Origin: Eledone cirrhosa
Taxonomy: Eukaryota
Direction: 5' to 3'
Assembly (NCBI GenBank): GCA_964016885.1
Contig: OZ024742.1
Location: 132,060,001-132,124,000, forward strand
Length of the DNA stretch: 64,000 bases
Positions 31,144 through 46,213 of the stretch are shown piece by piece (position 1 is the stretch's first letter; every line of letters starts with the position of its first letter). The translations under genes were made by a program, and so were the position numbers. The notes beneath the pieces were generated by a model. The model made no database searches. It was given only the letters and a program-made list of their open reading frames with translations, and was not told the origin of the DNA.

Positions 31144-33740
31144 TGTAGTGTCCTACATTCCGCGGGCTCACATACATTCTCTGTGCGTGATTTGGCTCAG
31201 CTCAGCCAATCAACGTCAGTAGAAGAGGATGTATCCCTACGCGTTCTGAGGGAGAAATAGCCCGCAAAGATTTGAGGACGCTATGACTCGCAGCTTCGAC
31301 CGTGTTAAGGTAAACAACCATTTTTCTTGCGCCGTGAAATCACTAGCCAATATGTAACACAACAATTTAACCACGGCCTGGCAACGCTTCTCTCAGCCTG
31401 TAGCCCGTGTCTTTCTGGAATCTTAATTCGTTTGTTTAATTTCTCTTGGCATGCCAGCTCAACCTCTGTTAATAAATAATGTAAAACCAAGCTAAAAGTC
31501 GTTGTCGATATTCCTATTATATCTTTCTACCAAACCTGGTTCCTCGTGGCAACATTACAACTTCTGAAATATACTTCTCCGCTGAATTGGAATTTACATC
31601 ATCAACTAAATCTGGTGACTTATATTCAACAAAGAGAAACATTCCTTTCCTTTATTGGTGACCCCGACGTGATTCGAACACACACCCTCTGGTTCCTCGT
31701 GGCGACATTACAACTCTCAAACATTCCTTTTCATTTATTGGTGACCCTCCGACGATAAAGAATGAAACGCAGCCTATTTGAATTCGCAATTCGTTTTAAC
31801 GGCATCATGGAGTGGCTTAACAAATGGAATATTCGATTCGGGTTGCTAGCCTCGCTTCGCGTAAGTCAAAATAATTCATAATATTCCATTTGTTGAAGCA
31901 CACGACCTGCACAATATTTCTGTCATAACTTTCTGCTGACTCACGCATACAGACGAATAAAAAAATACAACACAAAGAAAGCGTTTTTTTCGACGTCTAA
32001 CAACAAATTTCTCTTTTGGAGTGAAAATTATTATTGCGAGCATAGTTTGATAAAGACAGAAAAAAAAAGAAAAAAAAAAAAAGAATTTTTCTGGATATAG
32101 TATTTTGCTTTCAACGTTCTGTTGAAATTGCAAATGGAGACTCAAAAATGTTGTTTTCCCGCGTTCAGCTTGTCTTCTTCGATCCCAGCCATCTGATTGG
32201 CTGCATCGTGCCACGCGACGGCTTCTTCATCACGGACACATTTTTCTATCGGCCATCATGGAAAATATTTTTTTTTTTCTTTAGAATATTTTCAAGTTTT
32301 TATTAGAATATTTTTGAAAAAAGAAAAAAAAAAAAAAAAATTACCAGTGTTTCCAAAACTTTACGCCACGAGGAGATTTCAAAATGGCTAACACCAAGTA
32401 ACAGCCATCAGCGGCAACACATGGCTATATTAACCAACACCAGGAAACGGCTTGTAACTTTACCGACGCAACCACCATACCTTCTGTCTCGTTACCACAA
32501 GGACTCGAGAAATTAAGACATTAGTTTCCTCACCATTATGGCGTCAGACGTGGCTGCCATATCGGTGACGCTAGGTTCTTCAACGCTCGAATTCGACTCT
32601 ACAGAAGATTCATTGTGACTTTGCTTTAACAACAATTCTTTCTTTCTTCCTTTTTTTTTTCAGGCATTTATTTTGGACATTTATTTTTTTTTAAACTGTA
32701 TTATATGAAAATTCATTTCTCTCTATCATAATATATTGACCGCACGCACACATTTTCTTTGCTGTATTACATGTAACTGCAACTCACGTACAGATTCGAC
32801 TTGTTTTTTTTTTCCTTATCAAAGCAACAAGCCATTTTTTCTTGGCTCCATAGCACATTCGGCAATACATCTGGGAGGCCATCATTTTCTCGCCAGCACT
32901 GGTAAACTACCATAATAGCTTCGTTCACAGCTACTGGTACAACGCTTACCATTAACATTTAATGCAAGAACAGCAACTTCGCCCATGTCAGACTTTATCT
33001 GTTTTCTGGTAGACCTTTGGTGGTCACGTAAAAACTACGAAACAGCTAGTCATTTGACAGCGGCTAAACACGGCCCGTCGCGCCTCATTTTTTTTTCTTG
33101 CATGCATCTTTCTGCTCAATTATTTTTTCACTGATGTGCTCTTTCAGCATTTGTTCTTGCTGATTCAATTATCTGTGGGTCCTCGGTTTCTTCGTTAACG
33201 ATTTTCGGCTGAAAATCTGCTCGGAGGTGATGTAGTGACCTACATACCGCGGGCTCACATACATTCTCTGTGCGTGATTTGGCTCAGCTCAACCATCAGC
33301 GTCAGTAGAAGAGGATGTATCCCTACGCGTTCTGAGGGAGAAATAGCCCGCAAAGATTTGAGGACGCTATGACTCGCAGCTTCGACCGTGTTAAGGTAAA
33401 CAACCATTTTTCTTGCGCCGTGAAATCACTAGCCAATATGTAACACAAGAATTTAACCACGGCCTGGCAACGCTTCTCTCAGCCTGTAGCCCGTATCTTT
33501 CTGGAATCTTAATTCGTTTGTTTAATTTCTCTTGGCATGCCCGCTCAACCTCTCTTAATAAATAATGTAAAACCAAGCTAAAAGTCGTTGTCGATATTCC
33601 TATTATATCTTTCTACCAAACCTGGTTCCTCGTGGCAACATTACAACTTCTGAAATATAATTCTCCGCTGAATTGGAATTTACATCATCAACTAAATCTG
33701 GTGACTTATATTCAACAAAGAGAAACATTCCTTTCCTTTA
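31144..33740 (+). mobile_element. Non-autonomous LTR retrotransposon (Gypsy-like)
   Basis: LTRs at 31144-31654 and 33231-33740 (about 510 bp, highly similar), 4-bp TSD CATT on both sides, PBS directly after the 5' LTR, about 1.6 kb interior with no ORF. Confidence 0.93.
31656..31692 (+). promoter_or_regulatory. Primer binding site complementary to tRNA-Trp, extended
   Basis: TGGTGACCCCGACGTGATTCGAACAC is the reverse complement of a metazoan tRNA-Trp 3' end including CCA and the T arm (tRNA sequence from recall). Confidence 0.85.
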
Positions 33741-33917
33741 CATTCTTCGATATGTGCCGGCAAGTCCTCAATCGACTAAGAAGAAACCAGAGTAATTAAC
33801 ATGTGATGTAAAGCCCAGATAAAATGAAATCGGTGGTTGTGAAGTTGGCATCAACCGTATCCGAAAAAACGATTCAAGCTAAAGAGGTTAACAAAAAATT
33901 AACAAAAGGTTATATAT

Positions 33918-33963
<46 letters not shown>

Positions 33964-33969
<6 letters not shown>

Positions 33970-36900
33970 TAATGAATTTGAAGTCTAAAATCCAAAGAGG
34001 GCTCGATAAGGATAAATATATATCAAATATATAAGAACCGTAGAGCAAATATTTATTAAAATAACAGATTAAAGTTTAAGCAAAGAATCGCTGCTATCAC
34101 CCATAACGGGATCTTCTGAAACTAAAAAAGTCAATCTGTGAACGCAGAAGTAAATATTTCAAAAAACGTTGCAACCGGAGGAAGACAGGAAGACGATACT
34201 TTGGGTCGGGGAAACGTTCCCTGGCATTGAACTGAAAAAAAGCGAAGATAATACGTCATTATTTGGAGCGGTGAAAAACAATTACACGCAAAGACAAAAC
34301 CGCGTGTATGGTATAAAAGAAGTCGTAGACTAATATTCTATAGGTGGTTCATGGAGACATTCTCTGGCAATGAACGGGAAAAAAATGAAGGTAATACTTT
34401 AGTCTTCAAATTTATTATTATTACTATTGGCTCCCTCGGTTGAGCACTCTATTGACTTATATTCAACATGCAGAAACAACATCTGAATATTTCTACAAAG
34501 AACATAACCGTACCAAGCAGGAAAACATACGTAAAACTACTGATACAGAAAACAGACGCGTTCATTAAAAGGTTGCGTTGGCGTGCCTTTTATTTCGATA
34601 ATCAGGGAAAAGCAGACAACAAACAGAATACATTTGGGTTTAACATCTATTACAACCCTCCGATTAACCCAGCATTGCTACCCTTCGATTATGATGTCTT
34701 GGAACTCATACGGAGTATCAAATTAGAAATAGGAGCAATTCCTTCTATCAGGACCTGAAGAATAGAATTCGTTCTATTAAGGATTCTAATGCCATGCACG
34801 TCCATTTCGACAAATCTGGCAATCTATATCAAGTGGAGCGCAGTACTTACCATCAACTGCTACATAATGCTGTAACTAAGGATTATCGTAAAACTAATCG
34901 GAGCGTCATTAATGTAATCAACGATGCTGGGTTTAAAAACACCTCTGATCTCAATATCCTGGACCGGACTGAACATCTGGACCCTATTTTTCCCCACTTT
35001 AACCTGAAGGATCACAAATCCAATTTTCCGAACAACCTCTCTATTCGGCTTATTAACCCTACGAAGTCCGATTTAGCTAGACTTAGTAAAAGGATTTTAG
35101 ATAGAATTATACCTGAAATTAGAAGTTTGGCCCCTCTTGCACTGCGGGACAATTCTTTCGCGGTGATTGATTGGTTCAACGGCATAGGCAACAAGGAACA
35201 TTGCCGTTTTATCCAATTCGACATCAATAATTCCTACTCCTCCATCACTTTACCACTTCTCCTTAGAGCTATCAATTTCGCTAAAACACTCACAGTGGTT
35301 AAGGATTTCGAAGTTGATGTCATCTTCAATGGCTGTAAGTCGGTGATTAATTTCGACGACTCTATTTGGATTAAAAAATCTAATAGTACCCCATTCGATG
35401 TGAGTATGGGCGCCAGCGATTCTGCGGTTTTTACTGATCTTAACGGCCTTTTCCTTCTTTTCTCTATCAAGGTAGAATTGCCCAACGTGGGCGGTGGTTT
35501 GTACCGGGATGATGGTCTTTTGACCATGACAAAGTGCGGCCCACATGCTTGCGACAGTTTCAGAAAATAACTCACAGCCTTCTATAAAGGCTTCCACCAC
35601 TCCATACATGTTGAGGCCAAACTCTCGGTCGTTAATTACCTCGACGTTACCCTCAATTTATCGAATGGCTTGCACTACCCGTTAGAAAGCCGAATGATTG
35701 CTTAATTACATAAGTAAGCATTCTAACCATGTTGCCAGTATAACCAAGAACCTGATAAGACACGTTTCTTTGAGGCTTTCCCGTCTATCTACTAACGAGC
35801 ACATTTTAAACGACCATTCCACATATTACAATGAAGCTCTTGCTCGGAGTGGATTTGTCGATAAGGTAGCATATACAGAGTACGAAAATAGACCTAGAAG
35901 AAATAGATCCCGTCGCATTTATTGGTTTAACCCACCATATAATATGGAGGTGGCCACACCATTAGCTAAGATCTTTCGCTCCCTTATTATGAAGCATTTT
36001 CCCCCAACATATATATAGTAAAATGTTTAATAGAAATACCATTAAAATGTCTTACTCTACGACTTCTAACCTTGCACGTTACATCACAGCTTCAAATTTA
36101 GCTAAACTAACTAGCCGTAGGAACATGTGCAACCCTGTAGCCAGTACTAACTGTAATTGTAGGAATCGGGTTGAGTGCCCCCTTTCCGGGAAATGCCTCT
36201 CTAGTAACATTGTCTACAAATGTAAGGGTGAAACACGCACGTCCCGTCGGGCCTACATAGAGTTAACCGCCAATAGATTCAAGCAGCGTCTTTACAGGCA
36301 TACCCATTCTTTTCTTAACTCTTTAAGAAGGAATATGACGTCAGTTTCAGCTTATATTCGGAGTCTAAAAGACAACCACACTCATTATAAGTTACACTGG
36401 GAGATCCTAGCTATGGCTAGATCGTATAATAGAAATAACAGATCATGTGACCTCTGCGCCAAATAGAGGCCCTGGAAATACTCTACGCCAAATAGCACAT
36501 CTTAAACAAAAGATCTGAGGCAATTTCGGCCTGTAAACAAAAATTGCACAAAACCCTTCTGTATTATACCCCAACATTATACCCTGACGGGTATCGTACC
36601 AACTATAGGCGGATATTTTACGTCTTGATGTGGTAGCTAAGTATATGTTATGTTTATACAATTACTTATTTGTATAGGTAAGTATATATTACCTGTATAT
36701 TTTGTGAAGGTACGTATACTTTCTCGTACGTATATTTGATTGTATATGTTATGGCGTATATATTATATATTCTGGTACATATGCATTTGGTTATGTGTAT
36801 ACGTGAGTTTTGCGTCTGTGTGATTATGCGGGTTCGTACATATGTAGGGTGTGTGTATATGTGTACTTTGTGTTTTGGTTGACGTAAGTCTCCGAACATA

Positions 36901-37682
36901 TGTGTATTTACATATAGGTATGTCTGTGCGCTTGTTATATACGTATTTATTTATATACGTTTATTTAATTATATATATACACGCACACACACACACACAT
37001 ATATATATATTTTTTATATATATTTTTATGTGTATTTGGTGTATACACTCGTATGTGTGCGGGTACAGGCGTTGCGTGGGTTCTGTATGTGCGTGCGGGT
37101 AATTTTTGTCTACGTGCTTGTATTTGTATACCTATGGCGAGTGTTTTCGCATATGTTTGTGTATGTACGTATACGTATGCGTGTATGTATCTATTTAATT
37201 TCAATTTGCTCTGTATTTTATTTACATTATTCTTAACCCTTAAGCCGAGAATCATTCGGTTTCCTAGATAGAATGTTAGTTTACGACCTCAGTTATACCA
37301 TTTACGTGGTTTTGTTTTTGCGTGCAATTGTTCTCCCGCTCCACATATGACGTATTATCTTAGTTTTTTCCGTTAATTGCCAGAGAACGTCTCCCTTAAC
37401 CTCCTATAGAATATTAGTCTACAACTACTTTTATACCATAAACGTGGTTTTGTCTTTGCGTGTAATTGTTTTTCACCGCTCCAAATAATGACGTATTATC
37501 TTCGTTTTTTCCCCGTTCTTTGCCAGGGAACGTTTCCACGAACCAAAGTATCGACGTCCTGTCGTCCTGTCTTCCTGCGGTTGCAACGTTTTTTGAAATA
37601 TTTTCTTCAGCGTTCACAGATTGACTTTTTTAGTTTCAGAAGAACCCAGTAAGTGTGAAAGCAGCGATTCTTTAATCTGTTA

Positions 37683-37690
<8 letters not shown>
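33964..37690 (+). mobile_element. Near full-length PLE (probably Hydra clade) with an inverted 5' pLTR
   Basis: Inverted pLTR at 33964-34397, direct 3' pLTR at about 37205-37690, RT + GIY-YIG between, flanked by (TA)n. Confidence 0.9.
34468..36540 (+). pseudogene. PLE reverse transcriptase / GIY-YIG endonuclease pseudogene
   Basis: STKNI.VPS..FIKRLRWRA, FDKSGNLY, FIQFDI, DVSMGASDSA, LYRDDGL, WFNPPY, CNCRNRVECPLSGKC, IVY..YI, CDLC. Several stops and frameshifts. Confidence 0.92.
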
Positions 37691-37717
<27 letters not shown>

Positions 37718-37721
<4 letters not shown>

Positions 37722-38500
37722 CTACTTGGGGAGGGTCATATTTGTGTAATATTGCCAGAATTAATAATAGAACACACTCACTGTTTGGTTGGTTTTGGTT
37801 TTCGCTTTTCGCTTCTGTGTCTTTTATATCGGTTAATTTAATTTATTCAGTCCTCAATGTTTCCATTGACTGACCAACGGTCAGAAATAGACATACAATA
37901 TAGACACAAACACATATATATAGTTTATCAAAGTTCTTTCGTTGCACATCTGCAACATCGTCAGTGGTGCTATTGTTTTCTCTCGTTACATTGTATTTTG
38001 TATTTTCTACGCCATCTTTATTTAGTCTGTTTATATATTCATTTATTTGTTTATTTTTTTGTCTTCTTTGTGCATGCGTTTGCGTGTGTGTATAGTGTTT
38101 TGTTTGATGTGTGTTCGTGATTGGGTGACTGTGTATTGGTTAATGTATTCTATCTTTACTAGTGTGTGTTTATATGTGTTTATATATTCTTGTGTATGTA
38201 TTTATTTATTTATCTATTTATTTATTTATTTATACTTCTCTTAGGTCAGTGTTGTTTGTTTAGGTGTTGTTGTTATTCAATTCATTTGTTTCTGTTTAGC
38301 CTTGGCCTTCTAAGTTCTATTTCACTGGCCTCTGTGATTTGCCTATCTTCTGGGTCATTTCTATGTTTACATATTATTCTAATTTCCATATTGTCTATGT
38401 TACCGTCGTGTTGTTGCCTGGCTTGTTCGTATAGTACTGAACCGTTCTTTCGTCCTTTTAGTTCCCCCCAGTGTTGGTCTATACTTTCACCTATGCTATA
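37718..38500 (-). mobile_element. 5'-truncated PLE related to family B
   Basis: Endonuclease C-terminus IGESI..H..RQITEASEIELRRPRLN; HHR CTGACGA-t-gttgca gatg tgcaac-GAAA at about 37927-37968. Confidence 0.8.
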
Positions 38501-38504
38501 TATA

Positions 38505-38727
38505 TGAGGTGAGAAAAATGTGAGAAAAAGCACAAACCCTCCATCTCAATTCTACTTTCGAAAAGCTGAAGAACTACGAAACAGGTAAATGAACCAAATA
38601 ATTATATATTTTTTATAAAAAAAAGACTCCAGTTGCATTTTCGATTTCATCTTTTTTCCTTATACTTTCACTCGTGTAGGATACCTGCGTTTTTTTTCAT
38701 TTTGTAAAAAAACCTCACTTTCTATTA
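38505..38727 (+). mobile_element. Solo pLTR of the Neptune-like PLE
   Basis: Reverse-complement homologue of 46038-46250. Confidence 0.85.
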
Positions 38728-38770
38728 TATATATACATATATATATATATTTATATATATATATATATGT

Positions 38771-38820
<50 letters not shown>

Positions 38821-38944
38821 ATATTTATACATATATATACATATACATATATATATATAGATATATATACATACATATATATACATATATATACATATAC
38901 ATATATATATATAGATATATATACATACATATATATACATGTAT

Positions 38945-38983
<39 letters not shown>

Positions 38984-39113
38984 GGAGGTGAGTTTTATTG
39001 TAGTACAATAAAGCAATGCAGATATCGGATAAGAAGCACTCTACAGTTTGTGGGACTGGAGTATACATAATATATAAGAACAAAAGATAGTACTCCTATA
39101 ACCATCTTTTGTT

Positions 39114-39159
<46 letters not shown>

Positions 39160-39176
39160 CATATATATACATGTAT

Positions 39177-39229
<53 letters not shown>

Positions 39230-39335
39230 CTTACATATATACATATATATACATACTTACATATATACATATATATACATACATACATATATATACATAT
39301 GTACATACCTACATATATATATATACATATATATA

Positions 39336-39449
<114 letters not shown>

Positions 39450-39961
39450 AGTGTGTGTGTGTGTGTTAATATATGCATATGGACATGTATACTCATATAT
39501 GGCACATGTGGTGAGTGAAAAAATGCAATAATACTTACATTAGCTATACTGAATAGGAAATACAGGTTTATAATATTTATTTTTACGTTACAATATAAAC
39601 GTTTTTAAACACATTTCACTACGCCTTTGCAGAATTAAAAGATGCACACCCACCCCCATCTATACATATAGTTTATTGAATGATTTTCTCTCTATTTTTT
39701 TTTCATATTTCCTAAATCTAAATTCTTTCACTTTCCAATTCAAATGTATCATCGATCCTATAAATTCGATTTTACGTCTTCAAGGCGTCACACAATACAA
39801 CTTTCTCTCAGTCAATCTGCTGCAAAACAATAATAGCGGAACAACACTAACAAACACGCGCCCACACAACAAGGGATTGTGTGTGTGTGTGTGTGTGTGT
39901 GTTGATATATAATTTCATATAGGTTAGGTACACTCTCTCACACGAATATATTATACATATA

Positions 39962-40024
<63 letters not shown>

Positions 40025-40114
40025 AGTATATGTTGGTTGTATTCCAACACCTTAGTATGCAGATTGGAGCACTCGACGAAGTGCGCAGGTTGGTTTGGTT
40101 ACTCCGGAGTAATG

Positions 40115-40615
40115 TAAAATAAAATAAAATAAATAAATCAAATGTTTAAAATTTAGCTTCGTTTATTACTGCTATTCTTTCTACGACTTCATCAATTTTC
40201 TTGAGCTAACTCCAACAATAACAACACTACCAACACAAGAATTGAGGTCAGATGTACCTAACAATAACAAGAACAACAACTACAGATTGGCATGCCTAAG
40301 AACGAATTCTATAGACTTTTGAATGAGGAATGTTCTAACAACTGACCAATGAGAGGAGAATAGGCCCTTTGACACTGAAATTCGTTTGTTTGAATTCATA
40401 TGATTCCAGTGCCTCAGTGAAATAACAACCCAACCAGGAACTGGGCATATCAGAATATTGACAAAGTTATACACCTCAACAACATATGTACTTGTCTATA
40501 CCACACTGATTCGGACTGCCTGAAGAGGTCACAGCCAAAGATGGCTGTCACCGAAATATATATAGCAGTAATAAACGAAGCTAAATTTTAAACATTTGAC
40601 TTATTTATTTTATTT

Positions 40616-40621
<6 letters not shown>
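40115..40621 (+). mobile_element. Short PLE relic with inverted terminal arms and an HHR
   Basis: 40115-40175 is the reverse complement of 40562-40621. Confidence 0.8.
40515..40569 (+). ncRNA. Type I hammerhead ribozyme
   Basis: actgc-CTGAAGA-ggtcacagcca aaga tggctgtcacc-GAAA-tatata-TA-gcagt. Confidence 0.85.
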
Positions 40622-40684
<63 letters not shown>

Positions 40685-40748
40685 GGAATAGAATGAAATG
40701 AAATTTCATTTCTCACTCTTATTACGGCACTTACTTAAATATGCAAAC

Positions 40749-42940
<2,192 letters not shown>

Positions 42941-44354
42941 CATATATTGTATATTAAGAATTGAAACAAAACAATATGTTTCACCAAACGAAGAATATTT
43001 ATAACACATGAAATATAAAATAAATAACAAAATACAAACACAAAAATAAAACAAATGTCTATAAACCTCAGACGAACTACAGAAAGCTGAACAATAATCG
43101 AAGAAGGACAACAAACAAATATCTTAATAATAGGGAGTATGATGGAGGTGTATGTGTAAAAAATCTTAACCACCCACCATCACAGCTAAATGATTAAGAT
43201 CAATAGAAAACATTCCTGTCGACCTATCGATCTATCGTGTGTAAAACCTGACGAACAGCGACTTAATTAAATCAATCACGAATTACAATACCTCTTGTTT
43301 AAAAACAAATAATATATAAACCAATGCTATAATTAGAATGGTAAATGAGTGCAACTTCAGATCTGCTAATATGGGAATATCAAATAGAAACATAAAATAC
43401 AAGAATTCAGTTGCAAAGAAGACCGACATGTCCGAAATGTCTTTGAAGATAAACATTTCGTCTCTAACACGATCTTAATACGGATTTTGTAAAAAAGAAC
43501 AATCACGATTTGAGTATATCACTGTTCACAGCTTAAAGAAAAAACAAATTGTATTAGATTGAAATTTACGAGATTCACAAACTAATTAATCTTGGAGATA
43601 GAATTTAAAACTGTGGATATACTGTCAATGATTACGTTTAATTCGTAAGTCGATTGGAACATTCAGGCTTTCCAACACACCGAATTTAGATCTAATATGA
43701 AGCTCCGATGCAATCTTGATCAGACCCTGTTATATAATGACACAAACTGTGTCAGTAAACAATTATATTTCAATATTCAGATTATTTTCTATCTGGCAGT
43801 TCAAGAGGTAAACATATGTTCGTACTAGATGCCCCTAGCCGCTGATAGTTGAATGCAACCGGCTCTTGTTTGCAGTAAATTTCAGCAGTCCCACATTCAT
43901 AAATAAATCAGATAAGAGACAAATTGTATCTTATGTTGTGGGACATTTGGACATAATATTGGGTTAACATTAATTATTTTATAGAAAACCTTAAGTTGCA
44001 TACCCAATATTTAAAAATATTTAGCTTGCATGTTTAGGGTCATTCTAGGAAACCAAAGTAGGTCATCAGAAGAACAATGATAATATATATAGATGTGGCA
44101 TTGTACCGAAACATTGGATACCTAATAGAAAGTGGCTACATCGCACTACGAACTAATAGGAAGACTCGGCCCAAATGTTCCATGGCCTTGTACATGAAAA
44201 CAATGAAAGTGGCCTCTCTACGAGGTAGGAAGGTGTAACAGAAGGGGCATATATATATATATATATAAATATATATATGTGTGTTTTTGTGTGTGTGTGT
44301 GTGAACGTGTACGTTACAGGCTTGTATGTGTATGAGGATATTTGAAATGAAGTA

Positions 44355-44546
44355 ATAATTGTTTCTACGTTAGGCACAAGGCCAGCAATTACCCAGTGTA
44401 TTACTGGTACTTTATTTTATCGACCCCGTAAGGATGAAAGGCAAAGTTAACCTCGGCGGGATTTGAACTCATAATGGCAAGGGCCGTAACTATATGCGCC
44501 AAAGCAAGGCATCCGACACTCTACCAATACTGCCAATCCACCGCCT
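44355..44546 (-). mobile_element. SINE family 1, full length
   Basis: A-box-like tggcagtattggtag, B box gagttcaaatcc, and the core. Confidence 0.88.
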
Positions 44547-45169
44547 TTGAAATGAAGTAATAATGCAAGCAAAGAGTTGATATCCTGAAGTAAAATAGTG
44601 AAACCCACCTCCATTCATCGACCAATAACGAGTAAATACAATAAAAGATAAAAACCTGTGTTAAAACTAAAGAAGGAGGGACATTAGAATTATGACAGTA
44701 GGCATGCAACACAAATTCTTGCGACGAGAGTGCAAATCAAGAGCAATAACATTCAAACTGTCACGAAAGGTACAACCAGAAATCTTAAGTTAACTACCTT
44801 AATGCTTTGCTCACTATTGGAATCCAAATACATTTCGTATTTTGCTTGTTCAAATGGAATCGTATTAATGTACACCGTTGGTTTTCTACTATGCAACTCG
44901 TTTCACTTTTATTTTATTTTTTGCTTCTGCTATATATACTTAGTTCTTGTTTTGTTGTTGTTATTGTTATTTCTTCTTCTTCTTCTTCTTCTTCTTCTTC
45001 TTCTTCTTCTTCTTCTTCTTCTTCTTCTTCTTCTTCTTCTTCTTTATTATGCACTTCATCAGTTACGCCACTCTCATTTTTCCATTCCCCTACACGCCAA
45101 AATGACTTTTGAATAGCTTTTCTGGGACAAAATACAATTGTGGTTTTGTTCAATGCAAAATAACTGCAA

Positions 45170-45220
<51 letters not shown>

Positions 45221-45222
<2 letters not shown>

Positions 45223-45997
45223 CAACTAGAAATTGATTAACATATAAATAAACATATGAAACAATCACAGGGATTATTTCATATGTTTATTTATATGTTG
45301 ATCAATTTCTAGTTGTTATAAAATGCTCGACCTATTCATTAGAATCTTAGACCTTATTCTACGGGTGATATGGTGCATGCCTTTCTGGCATGACACCAAT
45401 AATTTTGATTTAGATTAAATTCATTTTGATTTATCTTAATTTTGGATATAGATATATAAATACGGCTAACTCTGTTGAAAAGACTTGACTGCTGTTTCTA
45501 GTTGTCGATAACCCTATTCACGCCACTGGGACGAAGCTGGTATGATGTGTGTATTTTCAGTTGATACAGCACGTGTTACTGGCCAGTTGCTGATTTGAAC
45601 TTAATGCGTAAACAAAGATCGCTGGACTTCTTCCTTGTTGAGAATCCAAGTACCGGCCTCCGTCGGTTACCAATCGATTAATCGGTGAAATACATTTATT
45701 TAATGGAATATATACAAGGAAGATTAATCATATTATAAGCTATCTATTTTTGAAGTTCTAGTTAACTTTATTTAGTTACCTACCTAGCTATGTGTGGTTA
45801 CACACTTGTAAAAATTATCCTCTGTGATTGATTCATATGTTTATTTATATGTTAATCAATTTCTAGTTGTTATAATATGCTCGGACCTATTTATTAGAAT
45901 CTTAGAGCTTATTTTAGGGGTGATATGGCGCATGCTTTTCTGGCTTGACACCCACAATTTTGATTTAGATTACATTCATTTTGATTTATCTTAATTT

Positions 45998-46000
<3 letters not shown>
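45221..46000. mobile_element. Non-coding element with PLE-like inverted plus direct repeat layout in (TA)n
   Basis: Direct repeats at 45278-45445 and 45832-45999; 45221-45275 is an inverted copy forming a terminal hairpin. Confidence 0.65.
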
Positions 46001-46044
<44 letters not shown>

Positions 46045-46175
46045 GTGAGGTTTTTTTTACAAAATGAAAAATAACGGAGGTGTCCTACACGAGTGAAAGT
46101 ATAAAGAAAAAGAGATGAAATCGAAAATGCAACTGGAGTCTTATTTTTTTTTTAAATATATATATTTATTTGGTT

Positions 46176-46213
46176 CCTTTACCGGTTTCGCAGTTCTTCT
46201 GCTTTTCAAAAGG
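46176..46213 (-). ncRNA. Type I hammerhead variant with U3-A8 core
   Basis: cctt-TTGAAAA-gcag aagaa ctgc-GAAA-ccgg-TA-aagg. Confidence 0.7.

Noticed and set aside
31656-31692. tRNA-Trp gene on the minus strand
   Set aside because: Only the 3' half is present, it includes CCA, and it sits at the PBS position.
36140-36470. Selenocysteine recoding in the PLE cysteine motifs
   Set aside because: The conserved positions are TGT/TGC, and the nearby stop is TAG, consistent with decay.
38566-38581. CTGAAGA..GAAA as a canonical hammerhead core
   Set aside because: Alignment to 46176-46213 shows it is a mutated stem II; the real core lies just upstream.
37718-38727. Chimeric PLE joining two families
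   Set aside because: A short TA run separates them, so independent insertions are simpler.
44730-45225. Poly-Leu/Ser/Glu ORFs
   Set aside because: Translation of a (CTT)n microsatellite.
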